A stretch of DNA of 64,000 nucleotides, from positions 212,073 through 276,072 of the forward strand of contig CAWBDV010000019.1 of the NCBI GenBank assembly GCA_963787675.1. The letters run 5' to 3'. This stretch comes from an uncultured Alphaproteobacteria bacterium (GTDB lineage Bacteria; Pseudomonadota; Alphaproteobacteria; Rhizobiales; Xanthobacteraceae). Shown piece after piece: positions 39,492-50,294 of this stretch (the stretch's first letter is position 1; every line of letters begins with the position of its first letter). The notes under the pieces are model-generated. The model had not been told where the DNA came from, searched no databases, and was given only the letters and a program-made list of their open reading frames with translations. Both the position numbers and the translations under genes were made by a program.

Positions 39492-40841
39492 TCACCGCAG
39501 GTGATTGGAAATATAGTTTCGCGCCCATGCGACGGATTTCTCCGGCAAGCGTGTGCGCTCACCCTCGAACTTCGGTCCCTTGGTGGCGTCGATGCCGATC
39601 TTCGCCGACATGCCCTCGACCGAAGATGGGTCGAGCCGGTTGCAGAAGACTTTCGGAATCATGAACATATCAGTGTCGGCCTGGAACCGCGTCGCCAGCG
39701 CCCACAGCACTTCCTCCTCGTTGAAGACGTCGACGTCCTCGTCCACGGCGACGCCGAGCTTGACATAGGAGTCGAGGCCCATCAGCAGCATCAGCGCCTG
39801 GCGCGCCTGGCCCTCGGCTGTTTTCTTGAACGACATGTAGGCATGAAAGTGCGTGCCGGATTTCGGATAATTGATCGCCTTGAGCGTCGGCACCATTTCC
39901 TTGAGCCGGTGGAACACGTGCGCCTCGCGCGTGCTGCGACCGAGCAGCAGATGCTCCGCGGAATAGCCGGGGATGATGTCGAGGAAGATCGGTTTGCGCT
40001 TGTGCGTGATCGCCTTGACGACGAACACGTTGCGGGTCGACCGATAGGTCGAATAGCCGGTGTATTCCCCATACGGCCCTTCGTCCTCGTGCACGCCGCC
40101 AAGAATCTCGCCCTCGACGACGTATTCCGCATCGGCCGGCACTTCGACGTCGATCGTCTTGCATTTCACCATCTCGACCGGCGCGCCCATCAGGGCGCCG
40201 GCGATCGCAAGCTCGTCGACATCCATGGCGACCTTGGCCGCTGCCGCAATGTAGATCGCGGGATGGCAACCGATCACCACCGCAACTTCGAGATTCTGTC
40301 CGCGCGCCTCACACCGTTGCAGATAATCCCAGATGTGCCCGCGCGAGTGCAGGCTCGCACCGAATCGATTTGGCCCCTTGAGCTGCATCCGCTGGAAGCT
40401 GAGATTGCGCCCCCCTGTTTCCGGGTCTTTGCAGATCAGGATGCCGGAGCCGATGTAACGGCCGGCATCGGCTTCGAAATGCCGAGAAATCGGCAGCTTG
40501 CCGGCGTCAGCCTCGTTGCCGAGCGCGACCACGTCCTGCACCGGCGCTCGGTCCGTCATGACGGCGGGCTTCATGTTCGAAAGCGCGTCCGTCCACGCGG
40601 CATTGAACTCGCCCGGACCTCGGCCAACCATCCGTGCAATGCGATTGCGATCGGCAAACAGGTTCGTCACCACCGGCACGTCGAAACCGTCCGGTCGCTC
40701 GATGCAGACGACGGGAAAGCGCTTCTGCGCTTCAAGCTCCAGCACGAGCGCTGTCGGCCCGAAATCGAGATTGATCGGCTCCGTGATCGTCACTTTCTCG
40801 CTCGCCGGAAGGCTATCGAGAAATTCCTTGAGATTGGGCAT
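39492..40841 (-). CDS. UbiD-family (prFMN-dependent) decarboxylase, copy 1
   Basis: 449 aa. RNLSFQRMQ, CHPAIYIAAA, and EGPYGEYTGYS acid/base loop. Confidence 0.9.
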   Translation of the reverse strand: MPNLKEFLDSLPASEKVTITEPINLDFGPTALVLELEAQKRFPVVCIERPDGFDVPVVTNLFADRNRIARMVGRGPGEFNAAWTDALSNMKPAVMTDRAPVQDVVALGNEADAGKLPISRHFEADAGRYIGSGILICKDPETGGRNLSFQRMQLKGPNRFGASLHSRGHIWDYLQRCEARGQNLEVAVVIGCHPAIYIAAAAKVAMDVDELAIAGALMGAPVEMVKCKTIDVEVPADAEYVVEGEILGGVHEDEGPYGEYTGYSTYRSTRNVFVVKAITHKRKPIFLDIIPGYSAEHLLLGRSTREAHVFHRLKEMVPTLKAINYPKSGTHFHAYMSFKKTAEGQARQALMLLMGLDSYVKLGVAVDEDVDVFNEEEVLWALATRFQADTDMFMIPKVFCNRLDPSSVEGMSAKIGIDATKGPKFEGERTRLPEKSVAWARNYISNHLR

Positions 40842-40897
40842 CAGTAGGTCCCTGCTGGTGCGAGTGGTCTTCCGGGAGCGCTCTAATTCTCGGCAGC

Positions 40898-41055
40898 GTC
40901 ATTCCGGGGCGCCGCAGCGAAGCGGAGGCGAGCCCGGAATCCATGAACGCGACTGCGGAGAATGGATTCCGGGTTGCCTCGCTGCGCTCGGCCCCCGGAA
41001 TGACGCTGCGGATTTTGCGGAATGACGCCGCGGAAATTCCGGAACGACGCTGCGG
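40898..41055. repeat. REP/MITE-like element, family C (nested palindrome GTCATTCCGGGG..CCCCGGAATGAC plus partial tandem arms)
   Basis: gtcattccgggg...gcccggaatccat / atggattccgggt...ccccggaatgac, followed by two ggaa(t/c)gacgc(c/t)gcgg half-copies. Confidence 0.75.
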
Positions 41056-41064
41056 AAAATTCGC

Positions 41065-41673
41065 TCAATTGTGCTCGCTCGGTCCCATGATGACGACGCC
41101 CTCGGTCGCCTCGACGTGGCGGACGAAGACGTACTTGTCCTCGCGGCCGTCGCTGTGCTTGCGCTTCACGTCGCGGCGGACCGTGCGGTCGACCTTTGCG
41201 ACGATCACGAAGGGTGATTGCGCCGCTAGTCCTTCATCGCACCGCTGCGCGAATTCATCGAGATCGCGCACCGTGTGAGCGTTTTCGATGCCCGCGCCGC
41301 ACGCAATCGCGGCGATGTCGACACGGCCGGACGCCGTGTGGGTCGGCGGCCCGCCAATCGACTGATAGCATTCGTTGTCCCACACGATGACGAGCAGATT
41401 GGTTGGGCGCTCGTTCGCCAGCGTCGCCAGGATACCGAGGTTGAACATCATGCCGCCGTCGGTATCGAGCGAGACGATACGCCGATGCGGCAGTCCGACC
41501 GCCAGTCCCAGCGCCTGCGGGGTGACGCAACCCAGCTGCTGCTGGAACAGGCTCGCTTCGCGCATGTGGGGCGCGGCATCGTACCATTCATCGACGCTGC
41601 CGCCGAGCGACAGGATGACGAGTTCGTTCTTGAGCTTTGCCGCAAGCACCTTCATGCAATCATAACGCGTCAT
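41065..41673 (-). CDS. TPP-dependent 2-oxoacid decarboxylase, beta (PP-binding) subunit (sulfopyruvate/phosphonopyruvate decarboxylase-like)
   Basis: ATG at 41673 (ATGA overlap with the alpha subunit). TPP-binding motif LDTDGGMMFNLG...WDNECY. Confidence 0.8.
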   Translation of the reverse strand: MTRYDCMKVLAAKLKNELVILSLGGSVDEWYDAAPHMREASLFQQQLGCVTPQALGLAVGLPHRRIVSLDTDGGMMFNLGILATLANERPTNLLVIVWDNECYQSIGGPPTHTASGRVDIAAIACGAGIENAHTVRDLDEFAQRCDEGLAAQSPFVIVAKVDRTVRRDVKRKHSDGREDKYVFVRHVEATEGVVIMGPSEHN

Positions 41674-42170
41674 CGCACCATACTCCCGGCAAGCACGACG
41701 GCGGAATGATAATAGGCGGTGTGCGACCAGGTGAATGCGTCGCGGATCGCCTGTTCGATCCCCTCCTCCCGGTCGACGATGCGATACGGGATGCGCATGG
41801 CCTGCAGCAACGGCTCCATCGTCATGCCGTGCGGAATCGCCCACCAGTTGTTCTCGCCGAGGTCGCCGCGATAGCTCATCAGCATGACCACCGGGATGCC
41901 GGCGCCCATGCCCATGCGCGCCAGCGGCTCGATCGACGCTCGCAGCCCGGAGTTTTCCATGACCAATACGGCGCGTTTGCCTGACAGCCACACGCCGCCG
42001 CAAATCCCGGCACCCTCGCCCTCGTTGGTGACGCGGATGGTGCGAATGTCATTGTCCCTGTCGAGCGCCGGATAGAGCTCCTTGAGAAGCGAATCCGGTA
42101 GATAGCAGGCGACACTGACGCCCGAGGCTTTCAGTGCCTTAATGACCTTTTCAACGGCGCTAGCTTTCAT
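41670..42170 (-). CDS. TPP-dependent 2-oxoacid decarboxylase, alpha (PYR-domain) subunit
   Basis: TPP_enzyme_N-like: VTNEGEGAGICGG, VLVMENSGL. The start could alternatively be 42194. Confidence 0.78.
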   Translation of the reverse strand: MKASAVEKVIKALKASGVSVACYLPDSLLKELYPALDRDNDIRTIRVTNEGEGAGICGGVWLSGKRAVLVMENSGLRASIEPLARMGMGAGIPVVMLMSYRGDLGENNWWAIPHGMTMEPLLQAMRIPYRIVDREEGIEQAIRDAFTWSHTAYYHSAVVLAGSMVR

Positions 42171-42343
42171 CGCTTTCGAGGACCTCCTCTCCACCGGATG
42201 AATGATACACGATAGTGCGGCGATCGCGTCTGCGTCGATTTCGCCGGCTCATGAAGCTTGAAACGAAGGGGCTTCTCGCCGTAGGACGCAATCAACGCCT
42301 TGCGCAAAACAAATTGCAGGGCGACATGCCGGGGAGAGAAATC

Positions 42344-43717
42344 ATGAGCCTGATCGAGGAATCCGTCCATCCGGTCAATGCGGTACCGCCGCCCGGCCGC
42401 CTCACCGTCCTGGGGCTCCAGCACCTCTTCGTGATGTACGCCGGCGCGATTGCAGTGCCGTTCGTGATCGGCAGCTCGCTCAGCATGTCGCCGGCTGACA
42501 TCGCGCAGATGGTGTCGGCCAATACGATCTTTGCGGGACTTGGGACGATTTTGACCACGGTGGGTCTGTGGAAGTTCGGCGCGCGGCTGCCGATCGTGCT
42601 GGGGCCATCCGCCAACGTCATTGGACCTCTGATCCTCATCGGCAAGACCTATGGCCTGCCGGCCGTGTGGAGCACGTGCATCTTGGCTGGCGCCGCGATG
42701 ATGATCTGCGCCCCGATCATCGGACGATTGCGGCGCTTCTTTCCCCCGGTTGTGATGGGCACGATGCTCGCGCTCGTCGGCATCATGCTGGTGCCGATCG
42801 GAGTACGGCTCATCACCAATTTCAAGCCCGACGATCCGGTCAGCGCCAAGAACTTGATCATGGCGGGAGGCACAATCCTGCTGGTCGCCTTGTTCATGAA
42901 GTTTTTGCCGGCAATGCTGCGGCAGATGTCGGTGCTGTTCGGACTTATCCTGGCGACGGTGATCGCACTCGTGCTTGGCGACGCGGACTTCAGCCGCGTG
43001 TTCCAGGGCGCCCTGTTCGGATTCACGCTGCCGGCGCACTTCGGGGAGTTCAACTTCGACATCGGCGCTGCGATCGCCGTCATTGTCCTGATGGCGGTGC
43101 TCATGTTTGAGGTGCTGCCGCAGCTCGTCGCGGTTGGTGAAATGGTCGGGCGCGAGGCAACAAGCGAAGACGTTCAGGGCGGCGTTCTGGCGGATGGGCT
43201 GACGAGCCTCGTCGGCGGCGTATTTGGTGCGTTCCCCTTGGTCACCTTCTCGCAGAACATTGGAGTCCTCGGCCTCACCACGACGCGCAGCCGCTTCGTT
43301 GCGACCGCGGCCGGCGTGTTCCTGGTCATCCTCGGTTTATTCCCCCCGCTGGGGCGCCTGGTGGCAGCAATTCCCGGACCGATCATCGGCGGCATCGCCC
43401 TCGTGATGTTCACGGCGATCGGTGTCATCGGCATCAAGATCCTCAATCGCGTGGATTTCGCCGAGCCGCAGAACCTGTTCATCGTCGCCACGTCGCTCGG
43501 AATAGGCTTCATTCCGATGGTGGCGCCGAAATTCTACGATGCCTGGCCGAAGAACCTGCAAACCATCTTCAACAGCCCGGTGGGCGCGGGGTTGATCGCC
43601 GCCATTCTGCTCAATCTCCTGTTCAATCACTTGCCGGCGATGCGAACATCGGCGAGAGAAAGCGACCATGCGGTGCCTTCTCCCGACGCCGCGAAGGCGC
43701 GGCAACATCAGGCATAG
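42344..43717 (+). CDS. NCS2-family nucleobase:cation symporter, copy 2
   Basis: ATG at 42344 (GGGGAGAG upstream). LGLQHLFVMYAG and FSQNIGVLGLT signatures. Confidence 0.88.
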   Translation: MSLIEESVHPVNAVPPPGRLTVLGLQHLFVMYAGAIAVPFVIGSSLSMSPADIAQMVSANTIFAGLGTILTTVGLWKFGARLPIVLGPSANVIGPLILIGKTYGLPAVWSTCILAGAAMMICAPIIGRLRRFFPPVVMGTMLALVGIMLVPIGVRLITNFKPDDPVSAKNLIMAGGTILLVALFMKFLPAMLRQMSVLFGLILATVIALVLGDADFSRVFQGALFGFTLPAHFGEFNFDIGAAIAVIVLMAVLMFEVLPQLVAVGEMVGREATSEDVQGGVLADGLTSLVGGVFGAFPLVTFSQNIGVLGLTTTRSRFVATAAGVFLVILGLFPPLGRLVAAIPGPIIGGIALVMFTAIGVIGIKILNRVDFAEPQNLFIVATSLGIGFIPMVAPKFYDAWPKNLQTIFNSPVGAGLIAAILLNLLFNHLPAMRTSARESDHAVPSPDAAKARQHQA

Positions 43718-43722
43718 GACGT

Positions 43723-45096
43723 GTGAAGGTGACGGCCCCGATCCACGATCTTCGTGATTTCATCGACGTGCTGCGAAAAGCCGGCGCACTTGCCGAGATC
43801 GTGACTCCGGTCGATCCGGTGCACGAACTCGGCGCGGTCTTGCGCGCCTGCGAACAGAGCGGCAAGGCCGCGCTCTTTCACAACGTGAAGGGCTCGGAGA
43901 TACCGGTCATGGGCAGTGCGCTCGGCTCCCATGAGCGGATTGCGCTCGCGGTCGGCTGCGAACGGCAAAAGCTCGGCGATGTGCTCGATGCTGCAACCCG
44001 CGCGCCGGTGGCGTTTCGTGCGATTGAGGGCGCGGCGCCGTGCCAGGAGGTCGTCACCGATAACGTCAATCTCGCGACCCTGCCGGTGCCGGTTCATGCG
44101 CCAAAGGACGGCGGCGCCTTCATCAACGCGGGCGTCGTGATCTGCCGCGATCCGGTCAGCGGCCGGCATAATCTTTCGTATGTGCGCATGCAGGTGAAGG
44201 GTCGCGATCGCGTCGGCATCAATCTCAACACCTGGCGCCATATGCGCGAGTTTTTCGAGACTGCGGAAGCACAGGGCGAAAATCTGCCATTCTGCGTTGC
44301 GATCGGCGTCGATCCCGTTTTGATGATCGCGGCCGCGTTCCGCTATGGCGGCGACGAATACGAAATCGCCGGCGCGCTGCGCGGCGGGCCGATCCCGGTG
44401 GTGCGCGCCCGCACCTGCGACATCATGGTGCCTGCGACGGCGGAGATCGTGCTCGAAGGCGAGGTTCTGGCCGGCGAACGCGAAGAGGAAGGGCCGATGG
44501 CCGAGTACACCGGCCATTATTCCGGCGTTCATCAGCAGCCGGTCGGGCGCATCACCGCGATCACCCATCGCCGCGATCCGATCTTCCAGACGACCGCCGG
44601 CGCGTCGTTCGAGCATCTTCTGTTGGGCGCGGCGGCGACGCGCGAGCCGCACCTTCGCCGCCTGACCATGAGCACGTCGCCGCGGGTGCGCGACGCCTAT
44701 CTGCCACCTTATGCCTCGGGCTTTCTCGCGCTGATTTCGATGGAAGAGCCGCGACCTGGCGAAGTGCGGGCGGTCGGCATTGCCGCGTTGATGGCGCACG
44801 TCAACATCAACACGGTGGTCGTGGTCGACACCGACGTTGATATCTTCGATCCGACCGACGTGTTCTGGGCGCTGTCGACGCGGGTGCGATGGGATCGCGA
44901 CCAGGTGGTCATCCCGGGAACGCTGGGCAACGAGCTTCACCCGTCTGCCGATGAAAACGGCGTCATCAGCAAGACCATCATCGACGCGACGCTCGCACCG
45001 GAACTCCGCGCCTCCCACAGCAAGATCGTTTATCCAAAGGTCGATCTGGCGGCGCTCCTGGCGCGCCAACCGCGGACGCCGCCCAAGCGGAGTTGA
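43723..45096 (+). CDS. UbiD-family (prFMN-dependent) decarboxylase, copy 2
   Basis: GTG start 6 bp after the permease stop. RHNLSYVRMQ, AIGVDPVLMIAAA, EGPMAEYTGHYSG. Confidence 0.9.
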   Translation: MKVTAPIHDLRDFIDVLRKAGALAEIVTPVDPVHELGAVLRACEQSGKAALFHNVKGSEIPVMGSALGSHERIALAVGCERQKLGDVLDAATRAPVAFRAIEGAAPCQEVVTDNVNLATLPVPVHAPKDGGAFINAGVVICRDPVSGRHNLSYVRMQVKGRDRVGINLNTWRHMREFFETAEAQGENLPFCVAIGVDPVLMIAAAFRYGGDEYEIAGALRGGPIPVVRARTCDIMVPATAEIVLEGEVLAGEREEEGPMAEYTGHYSGVHQQPVGRITAITHRRDPIFQTTAGASFEHLLLGAAATREPHLRRLTMSTSPRVRDAYLPPYASGFLALISMEEPRPGEVRAVGIAALMAHVNINTVVVVDTDVDIFDPTDVFWALSTRVRWDRDQVVIPGTLGNELHPSADENGVISKTIIDATLAPELRASHSKIVYPKVDLAALLARQPRTPPKRS

Positions 45097-45182
45097 ATGT
45101 TGCCGTCGCCGCGAGCGTCCGACCGCATGACGCTTGAGATTGATCCGCAGAGGCGCGTCGCCGCGCCGTAGGGGAGGAACAC

Positions 45183-46082
45183 ATGTCCGAACATCTGGGC
45201 TTCATCGGCGTCGGACGAATGGGCGGGCCGATGGCGGGCCGCCTGATCGATGCCGGTCACACGCTCACCGTCTATGACACCAGCGCGTCGGCGACTGCGG
45301 CACTCGCGGCGCGCGGTGCGCGGGTCGCTGGCTCATCGCGTGAGGTTGCGGACGCGGTCGAGACCGTGATCGTAAGCCTGCCCACGCCCGATATCGTTCG
45401 CGCAGTCGCGCTTGGCGAGAATGGCGTTGCGGCCGGCAGGCGGGTGAAGACATTCATCGATCTATCGACCACAGGGCCGCGCGTGATCGCCGCGGTCGCG
45501 GCGGCGCTCAAGGACAAGGGGATCGCTACCGTCGATTGCCCGGTGAGCGGAGGTGTCGGTGGCGCGCGCAAAGGCACGCTCGCCGTCATGGCGGCTTGTG
45601 AACGGCCCCTGTTCGAACGTTTCGAGCCGATCCTGAAGGTGTTCGGGAACGTCTTCTACATCGGCGAGCGGCCCGGCATGGGGCAGACCATGAAGCTCGC
45701 CAACAATCTTCTGTCGGCGACCGCGATGGCGATCTCCTCGGAAGCGATCGTCATGGGCGTCAAGGCCGGGCTCGACCCCAAGATCATGATCGACGTGATC
45801 AACTCCGGCAGCGGGCGCAACACCGCGACCCAGGAAAAGTTTCCGCGCGCGGTGCTGCCGCGCACCTTCGACTACGGCTTCGCCACCGGTCTCATGTACA
45901 AGGACGTGAAGCTCTGCCTCGAAGAGGCCGAAGCCCTCAACGTGCCGATGTGGCTCGGCAGCGCGGTACGCCAGCTCTGGCAGGTCGCGCACGCCGAGCT
46001 AGGGCCGGCAAGCGACTTCACCCAGATCGTGCAGTGCATCGAGAAGTGGGCCGGCGTCGAAGTGAAGAGCGACAAGGTGTGA
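45183..46082 (+). CDS. NAD(P)-dependent beta-hydroxyacid dehydrogenase (3-hydroxyisobutyrate / tartronate-semialdehyde reductase family)
   Basis: LGFIGVGRMGGPMA, DCPVSGG, GQTMKLANN. Confidence 0.88.
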   Translation: MSEHLGFIGVGRMGGPMAGRLIDAGHTLTVYDTSASATAALAARGARVAGSSREVADAVETVIVSLPTPDIVRAVALGENGVAAGRRVKTFIDLSTTGPRVIAAVAAALKDKGIATVDCPVSGGVGGARKGTLAVMAACERPLFERFEPILKVFGNVFYIGERPGMGQTMKLANNLLSATAMAISSEAIVMGVKAGLDPKIMIDVINSGSGRNTATQEKFPRAVLPRTFDYGFATGLMYKDVKLCLEEAEALNVPMWLGSAVRQLWQVAHAELGPASDFTQIVQCIEKWAGVEVKSDKV

Positions 46083-46088
46083 CGGCGA

Positions 46089-46721
46089 TTATTCCGCGAT
46101 CGCCATCGCGGCCGGATGCCAATCCATGCGCACATGGCCGGGTTGCTCGGCAATGCGCTTGAGCCAGGTGCGGACCGCCGGGAAGCCGGTGAGATCGAAG
46201 TCGCACTCGTTGGCAATGTGGGCGTAGGCATAAAGCGCAATGTCGGCAACGGTGTAGCGATCGGCCGCGAAGAAGCGGTGGGTCTCGAGATGCTTCTCCA
46301 TCACCTGAAGCGCGCGGTAGCCGTGCTCCATCCACTCTTCGATCGCGTGCATCTGCAACTCGCGTCCGCCCCTGACGAGGGCAAGCCAAAAGTGTGCGGC
46401 CCCGAGATAAGGCTCAAGGCTGTGCTGCTCGAAGAACATCCATTGCAAGGTCTCGGCGCGATCGATGCGATCGTCGGGCGCGAGCGGCGAGCCGCCGGCG
46501 AGAAACCACAAGATGGCGCCGGATTCCGGCAGATAGCGGCCCGGCGCGGCCTCCAGCAACGGCACATGGCCGCTCGGATTCTTGGCCAGAAATTCAGGCG
46601 TGCGCGTCTCGCCCTTGAGGATGTCGATCTCGACGAGATGATAGTCGATATTGAGCTGCGACAGTGCGAGGCGCACCTTGTAGCAGTTCCCGGACCGCTG
46701 CATCGAATAGAGCGTGTACAT
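46089..46721 (-). CDS. Glutathione S-transferase
   Basis: N-terminal thioredoxin-like fold (SGNCYKVRLAL, NPSGHVPLL) and a helical C-domain. Confidence 0.88.
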   Translation of the reverse strand: MYTLYSMQRSGNCYKVRLALSQLNIDYHLVEIDILKGETRTPEFLAKNPSGHVPLLEAAPGRYLPESGAILWFLAGGSPLAPDDRIDRAETLQWMFFEQHSLEPYLGAAHFWLALVRGGRELQMHAIEEWMEHGYRALQVMEKHLETHRFFAADRYTVADIALYAYAHIANECDFDLTGFPAVRTWLKRIAEQPGHVRMDWHPAAMAIAE

Positions 46722-46891
46722 CGCGCTTCCCAGCTTCGCGGATACCCCGTGTCACGGCGTGACAGGCGAATGCGACCTCAATGCGACTGCTGACGATGAC
46801 GTGATGCGCAATCCGTCGCAGTCACCAAACTTTTTCGAATAGCTGAAGACGATTCGGAGAAGATCTTGAGATCGTTTATGTCAAATGGGAG

Positions 46892-48272
46892 CTATCCTGC
46901 CGGATATCCAGTCGCACGCCATCGATTGAACAAGCCGAATTCTTGTGCAGCGCGGCATAATATCAGTGCGAACACAGCGACCATCGCAATCACGCCGAGC
47001 GGAATCAGCGTGGCCTCCGCCACACCGCGCGCGACGAGCGGGGCAAGCCAAAGTGCTGCAAGCGCTGTCTTCTCGTAAGGCGCAAAACCCTCGCGCACGC
47101 CGTGCATGGCGAGAAATGCGATCGCCGGCGCGAGCGCCGTCATGTCGTAGTCGAGGCTGTACGGTGTCGCGAGAATTGCCGCAATGACGAGCGCGCCGTC
47201 CTTCAGCGCATAATCCACTTTGAGCCGCCACAGCCAGACGAGCGCCGCCGCGAGCGCGAGCGTGACGACGGACTGCAGCGCATAAGCGAGCGCCACCGAG
47301 CCTCCCCACATCCGCACTGTTGCGAACACGCTCTGGATCTTGTGCCAGCCGGTCCCGCCCGCTTCGAGCACCACGACGCGGGTGAAGTGCGTCGAGTTCG
47401 AAAAATGCAGTCCACACCTCGGAGCCGAACGCGAGAGTCGTGACAAGCGCGAGCGCCGCCACGGTGAATGCCGCAGCCGCAAAACATTTCCATCGTCCGG
47501 TTGCGACGAGAACGAGCGGGATAAGAATTCCGAACTGCGGCTTGTAAACGAGAAGCCCAAACAGAATACCGGCGATGAGCGGCCGCCGATCGAGAAGCAC
47601 CAGTGCCCCACCGATCAGCGCCGCCGTCAGCAGGCCGTTGTGTCCATGACCGAGATTGACGAAGACCGCCGGATAAGCGAGCGCAAGAAGAAGCCACAGC
47701 TTGTAGCCCGGATGAGCGAAGCGAAATCCGGGGTCGACCGTGCCATCATCTCCACGTTGGCCCCGGATATCGCGGAGCCTGTCATCGGGCCCGCCGGAGG
47801 CGGGACCCGTTGGCTCATCCGGGCTACGCGGCAGGCTTTCAGCCATCACGATCGCGCGGATCGCGAGGAGATAGAGGAGGAGCGTCGCCACCTGCCACAG
47901 GACGAGTGCCGGCACATAGGGAAGGAGCGCAAGCGCCGCTGCAACGCCGAGGAAGAACGGCGGATAGTGCCAGCCGTAGAACGGCGTCGCACTGCCGAAG
48001 ATTTCCTGTTCGCGGGCGTACTGGCGTGCCGGGTCGAAAGGAGCCGCAGGCTCGCCGTCGAGCACATAGGTTCCCGCCGCATAAACGTTGGAGAAGTCGG
48101 TGCCGAGGGGCCGCCCCATGGCGTCGTTTCGACCGTGGGCCGTCGCCGCCATATAGGCGAGTGCCACCGCGAAGGCGGCGATAAGCGCGAGGCTCACAAG
48201 GCGGATTCGCTCGCGAGTCACGAAATCGCCGTTGCGAACTGCGCCCACGAACGCGCTGACCGCTCGACCCAT
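46892..48272 (-). pseudogene. GT87/DUF2029 membrane glycosyltransferase. It has an apparent 1-nt insertion at 47394..47399 and an in-frame palindromic-repeat insertion.
   Basis: The N-terminal two-thirds lie in ORF 46881..48272 (LGTDFSNVYAAG...) up to ..EVWTAFF. The C-terminal third (STHFTRVVVLEAGGTGWHKIQSVF...) lies in ORF 46892..47611. Removing one A from tcgAActcg joins them. Confidence 0.82.
47703..47827. repeat. Palindromic REP/MITE (same family as 5716..5820) inserted inside the GT87 coding sequence
   Basis: gtagcccggatgagc ... gctcatccgggctac. Translated in frame as ..RSPDEPTGPASGGPDDRLRDIRGQRGDDGTVDPGFRFAHPGY... Confidence 0.8.
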
Positions 48273-48360
48273 GACATTGATCCTTCGCGACGCCGCGCTC
48301 GGCGGCCGGTCGCGCCAGTCCTATCAACGGGTCATTAAGGGAGCGTTGCGGAGGCTAGCC

Positions 48361-48703
48361 CTATGCCTTGCCAAAGGCCGCGCGGGCCTCCGCTTCCGAT
48401 CGAACGATCGGCAGCAGCTGGTCGAGCCCGGCGACACGCAGCACGTCCGTCACCAGCGGAGTCGGGTTGAGCAACACGAGTTTGCCGGCGCCCCGCGCGA
48501 CCGTCTTGGCCGCCATGACCAGGTGGCGAATGCCGATCGATGCGATGTAGTCGACCGCCCCCATGTCGATGACGATGTTGCCGCGCGCTCCGGCCGCCGC
48601 AGCAAGAGGCAAGTCGATCTTGTCGGCGCCCTGGATATCGAGTTCGACCGACCAGCGTGACCTTCTTCGCGACACCGTCAAAATCTGAAATCGTTATTTC
48701 CAT
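48361..48703 (-). pseudogene. STAS-domain protein (anti-sigma-factor antagonist-like) with an apparent 1-nt insertion at 48640..48645
   Basis: MEITISDFDGVAKKVTLVGR (ORF 48335..48703) continues as LDIQGADKIDLPLAAAAG...LLNPTPLVTDVLRVAGLDQLLPI (ORF 48361..48681) if one A is removed from tcgAActcg. Confidence 0.8.
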
Positions 48704-48859
48704 GGCAATCCTTCGACCCGGCGGGTTGAGACTACCTCATGCCGGTGCGCAATCACAATCGCATGCCCTTCGGCACGAACAGAAGTCCCGGCCTCACCTT
48801 TACGTGATGCGCGATTGCGGTTGTTCACAGTTTCGCTCAATGCTTTCCGCTTGCGGTAG

Positions 48860-50140
<1,281 letters not shown>

Positions 50141-50165
50141 GCGGGAACCTGTAACATATTGAAAG

Positions 50166-50185
50166 GCTGCCACATTGTGGCAGCC
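50166..50185. repeat. Island-flanking direct repeat, left (putative attL core); also a perfect 8-bp-stem hairpin
   Basis: gctgccacattgtggcagcc, 26 bp after the aminotransferase stop. Repeated with one mismatch at 61818..61837. Confidence 0.75.
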
Positions 50186-50230
50186 GATATAGATGCCGAT
50201 CAAACAATTACCTATTTATTTCAATGGATT

Positions 50231-50279
50231 GGCCAACTAAGGGCGTGCCCGATAGACCGCTAGCCAACACCAAGCCAAC
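50231..50279 (+). repeat. Arm-type repeats near the left island end
   Basis: ggccaac, tagccaac, agccaac within 50 bp. The same octamer is repeated at the right end. Confidence 0.55.
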
Positions 50280-50294
50280 GCGGCAGAAACCCGC

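Noticed and set aside
38244-40847. 867-aa plus-strand ORF spanning the amidohydrolase and UbiD-1 genes
   Set aside because: It runs antisense to two independently recognisable enzymes and across their intergenic gap. It has Arg/Asp/His-rich low-complexity composition and no start context. The same reasoning rejects 10134..11780, 11832..13706, 32928..34487, 36906..38204, 43708..45069, 29079..30428 and 48800..50203.
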